This document shows positions 46,499 to 52,388 of a DNA stretch of 52,388 nt, piece after piece. Location: NCBI GenBank assembly GCA_041480755.1, contig JBGPAO010000001.1, forward strand, positions 1 to 52,388, given 5' to 3'. The translations under genes and the position numbers were made by a program. The notes under the pieces were generated by a model. That model was not told the origin of the DNA, ran no database searches, and worked only from the letters and a program-made list of their open reading frames with translations. The first letter of the stretch is position 1, and each line of letters begins with the position of its first letter. This stretch comes from Bacteroidia bacterium. GTDB lineage: Bacteria; Bacteroidota; Bacteroidia; Bacteroidales; SM23-62.

Positions 46499-47845
46499 TT
46501 AAATAACTGATTTGATCATAAGAATCTGCTTCGTCCACGGACTGATTTTATATCTCTCATCTATTCTCTGGTTGATCACCCACACAATATCTTCATTATT
46601 AAGTAATAGCCACTGGTTTTCTTTATCAACAATGGATATTTTCTGGTCAACCAGGAAATCACTGAGTTTTTTCCTGTGTTTCATTCCAAACGGACGAAAG
46701 TAATCACCGCTTTGCCATTTCCTTATCAGAAGAGGGAATGTAAGAAGATCGTAATCGAGACTGGCAATATTTGGTTCTGAAGGGATATGGAAGCCCGGTG
46801 TGTTTTCAACAACAATAAATTCAAGATGAAGAGGTTCGAAAATCCTGTCAGTTCCTTCAGGTATATAAAACTTGCGGTATTCTTCATCTCCGATTGGAGT
46901 AATTATCATCTCTGACCTGTCTTTGACCAGACGATGGGTGGTTGAAAAAAATTGTTTTCCTGATGTTGCATTGACAGATTCGTCGATATCAGCAATTTGT
47001 TTAGGTGAAAAATGATATTCAGACAAAAATTCAAAAAGATAAGTTTTACGCAGAGGAAGTTCCCTGAGTCTGTCCAGGGAAATTGAAATGATATCATCCT
47101 TTTCTTTTATAATTTCATTTCGCCTGAGATTAATCTCATCAGTATAGATTGACTCAGCATCTCTCAGTTTTTGAATAGTCTCCATCAGGGTATTCCTGAA
47201 GGATGGATTGATTGCTTCAAATAATGGAAGAATCTTATGCCTGATTTTGTTACGTATATATTTTTCAGAAGCATTTGATGAATCTTCACGGTGTGATATT
47301 GAGAATTCATTTGCATATGTCTCAATCATACTCCGGGGAGCAAATAATAAAGGACGGATTATTCTGCCTGAAATGACTTTAATTCCGGTCAGACCATGAA
47401 TGCCTGAACCGCGTGAAAGGTTAATAAAGAAAGTCTCAAGGACATCATCCTGGTTATGGGCAGTGGCAATAAGGTTGAATGACTGCGCTTTGCGTATTTT
47501 ATCGAACCAGTCATACCTGAGTTTCCTGGCTGCCATTTGGATAGAAATGCCCTGGTCTTCAGCATATTCCTCAGTATCAAATCGCTTATAGAAAAACCTG
47601 ATGCCATACTGGTATGCCAGCTGGCGTACAAAATCTTCATCTTCATCTGATTCAGCACCGCGAAGGCCAAAATTACAATGGGCTATTCCGCAATTATAAC
47701 CTGCTTTAATAAACAGATCCAACATTACCACTGAATCAATACCTCCGCTTACAGTCAGAAGAATTTTATCAGATTTCCTGATAAGATGGTTTTCCCTGAT
47801 AAAGGACCGGAACTGGTCAAGCATTATATTCAGTTTATTGAACAA
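46499..47845 (-). CDS. tilS: tRNA(Ile)-lysidine synthetase
   Basis: 448-aa ORF with the PP-loop 'LTVSGGIDSVVM', 'IATAHN.DD..ET' and a C-terminal TilS substrate domain. Confidence 0.92.
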   Translation of the reverse strand: MFNKLNIMLDQFRSFIRENHLIRKSDKILLTVSGGIDSVVMLDLFIKAGYNCGIAHCNFGLRGAESDEDEDFVRQLAYQYGIRFFYKRFDTEEYAEDQGISIQMAARKLRYDWFDKIRKAQSFNLIATAHNQDDVLETFFINLSRGSGIHGLTGIKVISGRIIRPLLFAPRSMIETYANEFSISHREDSSNASEKYIRNKIRHKILPLFEAINPSFRNTLMETIQKLRDAESIYTDEINLRRNEIIKEKDDIISISLDRLRELPLRKTYLFEFLSEYHFSPKQIADIDESVNATSGKQFFSTTHRLVKDRSEMIITPIGDEEYRKFYIPEGTDRIFEPLHLEFIVVENTPGFHIPSEPNIASLDYDLLTFPLLIRKWQSGDYFRPFGMKHRKKLSDFLVDQKISIVDKENQWLLLNNEDIVWVINQRIDERYKISPWTKQILMIKSVI

Positions 47846-47906
47846 ATTTCTGAAAATGTAATCAGAAAAAAAAGTAAATCTGATAAATCATCAGGAGGTT
47901 AAAAGA

Positions 47907-49868
47907 TCATTCAAAACCTATTACATCGGGTTTGGATACATAAAAATCCTTAGGATTTAGTTTTTGTTCTCCCGAGAAGTCAAAAGCAAACGGGAATGTT
48001 TCGTCTGGTAAAGATGGATAATATCCCAGCCGTAATTGAATTGTCTCAATTGTGAGCCGTTCATTTTTTATCCGGATTCCGAAACCGATGCCAGAATGTA
48101 GCTGGCTTAGCAGAAGAGGTTCTGAAGATGAGATAAGTCCAAAATCGGCGAAGCCAAAGAATACAAACCTGAATCCATAGAAATAATAAGGAGAGAATAC
48201 AGCGATCTCGCAACTGGCTGTAGCTCTTTTTTTACCCCTGGCGAGTTCGTTTGTATATCCACGAATACCTTTGTCATTTTCAATGTAAATATATTCATCA
48301 ACAAACCTCTGGACACCTTTGATGTATTCAAAATTTACGAACTGCCTGATCTTGAACCTGTTGATAATAAAGAGGTTTGTGAAATAATTTGATTTAACGT
48401 GTATTACAGCCTGATCAGGTGATTTCAGAGAATTTGCAAAACCTCCCAGCTCGCCATTTGCATAAATGTACCCCAGGTTGCCAATCAGGCCTCCCCATGC
48501 CAGTCCGGTTCCCATATAAAACCTTCTGTTAAATTCCCCGAATTCTGGCCCGAATGTTATATTCAGCTGAAAACCATTAGGAATATCCTCCGTACGCCCA
48601 AAATTATAGATCAGGTTACTCCTGAAGAATTTCTGGCTTGTTATTGAAAAACTGCTGAGCCATAAAGTCTTATTATGATAATCATAAAATGTGTTATCTG
48701 TTACGTTGTCGGGGCGTTTATAAAAATATTTTGATTGAACCCTGCTGGCGATAACAAAATTTATCCTTTCAGTTGAATAGGTTCTGGAAGAGGTAAGTGA
48801 GAAAGACCGGCCAGCCCACAGATCAAACAGATTGTAATTAATTCTGGTGGGGACGATAAGGGTATCTCCATAATTTATATTAGAATTCCTTGCGGTATGC
48901 TCATATTGAATTGCTCCGGCATATTTAGTATCTGGTGTGATGAAAGGCCTGTCAAATAAAAATTCAAAAGTTTCTTTATCAAATATCTGGGCATACCTTA
49001 TTTTACTATCGATAAAGGTGCCACCCAAATTATTGATGATATAAAATATTTCCTTGCCGTACCAGGGATCTTTTGAGCCGTTCCAGTGAAAGCTTGCATG
49101 CAGCTCCTGCCCTAAACCTGCGAGGTTATTTTCAAATATTTTAACACTGCCTGCATCCCAGTCACTAACCTCGCCGCCAACCCCGATTGAGAACGCATCT
49201 TTCGTAAGGACCAGGACATCAACAGAATCCTGATTCCGGGGGTCATCAATAATAAATATCCTGGCATCTTCTATAAAGGATAAATGCCGGATAATTCTCT
49301 CATTGTCAGAAAGAACAGAAGGATCAATCCTGTCACCTTCAGAAAAAAGAATATAATTTGAGATTATTTTTTCACGGGTATTAAGGTGCATTTTATTACC
49401 GGCTTTTTCAAGGGCACTTCTGGCTATCCTGGTGGTATCAAAAATTGTTGGTCCAAATGGTGTAAGCCGCTGGATTTTTATATTTCTTATAACTTTTCCC
49501 TCAGATTTGACAAAGGGAGAAATACTATGCGATGTCTGAAGAGTATCACTGATCGTCTTTTTTTTGGGCGCGGTGACAACTATATTATGAAGTCTTTCTG
49601 TCCATTTATGTTGAGATGCACGCACCTCAAGGGAATCGAAGAACGTATCCGTTTGTGTTTTCCGGTCTATCCTCAGCTGGTATTCTGTTCCATAAGGAAC
49701 AATAAAGACTGTATCTCTGACAATCTCATATTTTTCCGTTCCTATAATAAGAACAGACCCCCGTGATAAAAAGAGGGTATCAGATTTGCTGTTCGTACTA
49801 TCCTGTGACCGGACTGAAATTGAGAAAACCAGCAGCAATGCAGTAATATATAGAAGGCGCTGTTCCAA
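47907..49868 (-). CDS. Putative Omp85/BamA-family outer-membrane protein (POTRA-like region plus beta-barrel)
   Basis: 653-aa ORF with the signal peptide MEQRLLYITALLLVFSISVRSQ. It has a POTRA-like segment ('IRNIKIQRL.....I......L.EGD.ID...L..NERI.R.L.FI.DA.I'). The C-terminal half is rich in alternating aromatic/Gly beta-strand patterns. The assignment is by pattern only. Confidence 0.5.
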   Translation of the reverse strand: MEQRLLYITALLLVFSISVRSQDSTNSKSDTLFLSRGSVLIIGTEKYEIVRDTVFIVPYGTEYQLRIDRKTQTDTFFDSLEVRASQHKWTERLHNIVVTAPKKKTISDTLQTSHSISPFVKSEGKVIRNIKIQRLTPFGPTIFDTTRIARSALEKAGNKMHLNTREKIISNYILFSEGDRIDPSVLSDNERIIRHLSFIEDARIFIIDDPRNQDSVDVLVLTKDAFSIGVGGEVSDWDAGSVKIFENNLAGLGQELHASFHWNGSKDPWYGKEIFYIINNLGGTFIDSKIRYAQIFDKETFEFLFDRPFITPDTKYAGAIQYEHTARNSNINYGDTLIVPTRINYNLFDLWAGRSFSLTSSRTYSTERINFVIASRVQSKYFYKRPDNVTDNTFYDYHNKTLWLSSFSITSQKFFRSNLIYNFGRTEDIPNGFQLNITFGPEFGEFNRRFYMGTGLAWGGLIGNLGYIYANGELGGFANSLKSPDQAVIHVKSNYFTNLFIINRFKIRQFVNFEYIKGVQRFVDEYIYIENDKGIRGYTNELARGKKRATASCEIAVFSPYYFYGFRFVFFGFADFGLISSSEPLLLSQLHSGIGFGIRIKNERLTIETIQLRLGYYPSLPDETFPFAFDFSGEQKLNPKDFYVSKPDVIGFE

Positions 49869-49950
49869 ATGATAAAATAGTTATAGAATAGAATTCCAGG
49901 CAGCCCTCAGATAAGCTTTAACCACATTAATATACGGTTTATTCACAGAA

Positions 49951-50649
49951 TTATTTTGAATATGCGCTGACGTCATCAGAATTGAAGCGGAATCCCAGCC
50001 TTTTGCCCGTTTTCATAAGGGAGAACTGAATGCGCTGGCTGATTTGTTCAACATTAATAATTTTGACTGCGTCGTAAGGCGGGACCAGCAGGTCAAACTC
50101 GAGGCTGTAATTAATGGCCAGGTTTGCTATATCTTCAAGTGTTTTCTTATCGAGCATCACCTTGCCGAAATTATTGTAGAAAAACCCAAGCTGTCTTTTA
50201 CCTTCTACAAAATAATACATTTCTTTATTTATAAAAATTCTTCCGATCAGGTAACCAAGGTCGTCCCACCTGTTATATTTAAATGAATCTGCAAGGAAAT
50301 TATAAATATTAATTATCCCGCAATATGATGCCATCCTGTCGGCCTGTATATATGAAGTTTTCCATACCCCATGTTCCCGGTCGAATTCGAAGATATTTGA
50401 ATGCATTCCGAATATCAGAAGATCGCCTGCAATCTTCAGCTGAGCGCTGAAAATTCCATTATCCTTGTATTCAAGCAGGATACGGCTATCCACATCAGTT
50501 ACCTGTCCGTTATAATAATCGGCCAGTTCACTTAAAACTTCCTTAAGAGTACCAAATGCCTGCAAAGTATTGTCATATACTTTCTGCTTCAGGGTAGATT
50601 TACCCTTTATGGTATCAATAATTGTCTGTTTAACATTTTGGCTTTCCAT
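49951..50649 (-). CDS. Conserved-looking hypothetical cytoplasmic protein
   Basis: 232 aa from ATG at 50647-50649. The track start at 50670 is TTG and overlaps the proS stop. It has no signal peptide and no motif I recognise. Confidence 0.55.
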   Translation of the reverse strand: MESQNVKQTIIDTIKGKSTLKQKVYDNTLQAFGTLKEVLSELADYYNGQVTDVDSRILLEYKDNGIFSAQLKIAGDLLIFGMHSNIFEFDREHGVWKTSYIQADRMASYCGIINIYNFLADSFKYNRWDDLGYLIGRIFINKEMYYFVEGKRQLGFFYNNFGKVMLDKKTLEDIANLAINYSLEFDLLVPPYDAVKIINVEQISQRIQFSLMKTGKRLGFRFNSDDVSAYSK

Positions 50650-50666
50650 AGTTATTCGGTCAGTGG

Positions 50667-52142
50667 TCAATATGCTTTAGCAAAAAGAACTCTTTGATCG
50701 GAAGGCTTTCCGGTATAAATACATTTTCCTTTTTCCGGATCCGGATCAAGAGGGATACAACGAATTGTAGCTTTGGTCTCTTCCTTAATCTTGTTTTCTG
50801 TTTCAGTCGTTCCGTCCCAGTGTGCCATTACAAACCCTCCGCGGTTCGTGATAATATCTTTAAATTCCTGGTAATCATCTGTTCTGAAAGTATTCTGGTT
50901 TCGGAATTCCAGTGCCTTCCTGAACAGAGAATTCTGGATATCATCAAGCAGCTCCTTAATCCTGCCGACAATATTTTCCTGAGGTGCCGACCACTTTTCA
51001 AGTGTATCCCTCCGGGCAATCTCAACAGTATGATTTATAATATCGCGGGGCCCGATAGCAAGTCTTACAGGAACACCTTTCAGTTCGTAATCGGTAAATT
51101 TCCAGCCGGGCTTATGAGTATCCCGGTCATCATATTTCACGGATATTTGATTCTCTTCAAGTGTTTTTTTAATGTCCAGAGCAATCTTGCTTATTTGCTC
51201 CAGTTCATCCTGGTTTTTATAAATAGGGATAATAACAACCTGAAGAGGTGCCAGCCGGGGCGGAATGACCAGTCCGTTATCATCAGAGTGTCCCATTATT
51301 AAAGCTCCCATCAGCCGGGTTGAAACTCCCCATGAAGTAGCCCATACCCAGTCAAGCTTTCCGTCCTGGTTCGTAAACTGGACATCAAATGCCTTAGCAA
51401 AATTTTGTCCCAGGAAATGCGAAGTTCCTGACTGAAGTGCCTTACCATCCTGCATCATTGCTTCGATTGCATATGTATCAATGGCCCCGGCAAATCTTTC
51501 ATTTTCCGTTTTTCGACCTTTTATAACCGGCAGACACAACCAGTTTTCGGCAAAATCAGCGTATATATCGATGATCTTCAACGTCTCTTCAATGGCTTCT
51601 TCCCTGGTTGCATGAGCGGTGTGACCTTCCTGCCAGAGAAACTCTGTAGTCCTGAGAAATAATCGTGTACGCATTTCCCATCTTACGACATTTGCCCACT
51701 GATTTATAAGGATCGGCAGGTCGCGATAAGAATGGATCCAGTTTTTATAACTGTTCCAGATAATAGTTTCTGAAGTTGGCCTGATAATAAGCTCTTCTTC
51801 AAGTTTTGCTGTTTCATCGACAACAACACCGCCTGTGATTTTGTCAGTTTTAAGACGATAGTGGGTGACTACTGCGCATTCTTTTGCAAAACCTTCAACA
51901 TGACTGGCTTCACGGCTGAAAAATGATTTTGGAATCAAAAGAGGGAAATAGGCATTGGAGTGCCCGGTAGCTTTAAACATCCTGTCGAGTGCCGATTGTA
52001 TCTTTTCCCATATAGCATATCCGGTTGGCTTAATGACCATGCATCCTCTTACAACTGAATTTTCGGCAAGATCGGCTTTTATCACCAGATCATTATACCA
52101 TTGAGCATAATCTTCAGCCCTGGTGGTGAGTTCTTTTGGCAT
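50667..52142 (-). CDS. proS: Proline--tRNA ligase (archaeal/eukaryote-like type)
   Basis: 491-aa ORF with class-II motifs ('FRDE.RPR'-like '[27 protein letters not shown]' and 'GTSH.LG.NF'). It has a C-terminal Zn-binding-like domain ending '..FAKAY'. Confidence 0.95.
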   Translation of the reverse strand: MPKELTTRAEDYAQWYNDLVIKADLAENSVVRGCMVIKPTGYAIWEKIQSALDRMFKATGHSNAYFPLLIPKSFFSREASHVEGFAKECAVVTHYRLKTDKITGGVVVDETAKLEEELIIRPTSETIIWNSYKNWIHSYRDLPILINQWANVVRWEMRTRLFLRTTEFLWQEGHTAHATREEAIEETLKIIDIYADFAENWLCLPVIKGRKTENERFAGAIDTYAIEAMMQDGKALQSGTSHFLGQNFAKAFDVQFTNQDGKLDWVWATSWGVSTRLMGALIMGHSDDNGLVIPPRLAPLQVVIIPIYKNQDELEQISKIALDIKKTLEENQISVKYDDRDTHKPGWKFTDYELKGVPVRLAIGPRDIINHTVEIARRDTLEKWSAPQENIVGRIKELLDDIQNSLFRKALEFRNQNTFRTDDYQEFKDIITNRGGFVMAHWDGTTETENKIKEETKATIRCIPLDPDPEKGKCIYTGKPSDQRVLFAKAY

Positions 52143-52388
52143 TGTATTCCTGTTAAATTCCTGAGATCAGGGTAAACTGCAAAATAAGCAAATAAATATT
52201 AATACCTGATAAATGCGAATCTTAACAATCCGTCGTTTTTATTTATCATCATTTCTTCGTAATATAGTAGCAATATTAATCAGGAATTATATGTTAAATT
52301 TTAAATTCCCGGATTAATTTTAAAGTGTTTGGTACGGAATTTGCATTTTACTCGATAGATAATTTAAAAATACCGGGAGGTCGAAAAA

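Noticed and set aside
52143-52388. The 246-nt region upstream of proS considered for a T-box, leader peptide or ncRNA
   Set aside because: I found no Pro-rich mini-ORF, no specifier or T-box-like conserved sequence, no convincing hairpin with a T-run, and no exact TAnnTTTG box. The window edge also truncates the region.

Overview
This is a 52.4-kb chromosomal segment that is almost certainly from a Bacteroidota bacterium. The supporting signals are a type-B T9SS C-terminal sorting domain, TAnnTTTG-type -7 promoter boxes, DUF4197, DUF6702-like and BT_3928-like proteins, a DAHP synthase with a C-terminal chorismate mutase, and an archaeal-type ProRS. The sequence looks AT-rich by eye and is densely packed with about 46 protein-coding genes. 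I could not recognise any rRNA, tRNA, CRISPR array, transposase or phage module. Most of the content is core metabolism and housekeeping: gcvT, serC-serA-DUF1015-yggS, ppdK-pckA, cdaA-folP, tmk, tpiA, rsmE, uvrA, nth, tilS, proS and xerD. It also holds a six-gene aromatic amino-acid operon (pheA, aroG/CM, aroB, aroD, aroC, tyrA). The strongest unannotated signal lies in the 273-nt gap upstream of pheA. A 32-codon ORF, too short for the ORF track, carries ten consecutive Phe/Tyr codons. It is followed by a GC-rich hairpin with a T-run and by an upstream alternative pairing segment, which together form a classic ribosome-mediated attenuator. Other observations are listed below.
- A roughly 1,495-codon secreted protein is interrupted by one in-frame TAG.
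- A NifS-like cysteine desulfurase is fused to selenophosphate synthetase SelD.
- Two abutting 7-9-nt tandem repeat arrays sit in the yggS / DHOD-like intergenic gap.
- A ComB-like phosphatase and DUF1015 are embedded in the Gly/Ser cluster.
- Several small clusters of secreted or lipoproteins have unknown function.
All family assignments come from motif recognition by eye, not from database searches.
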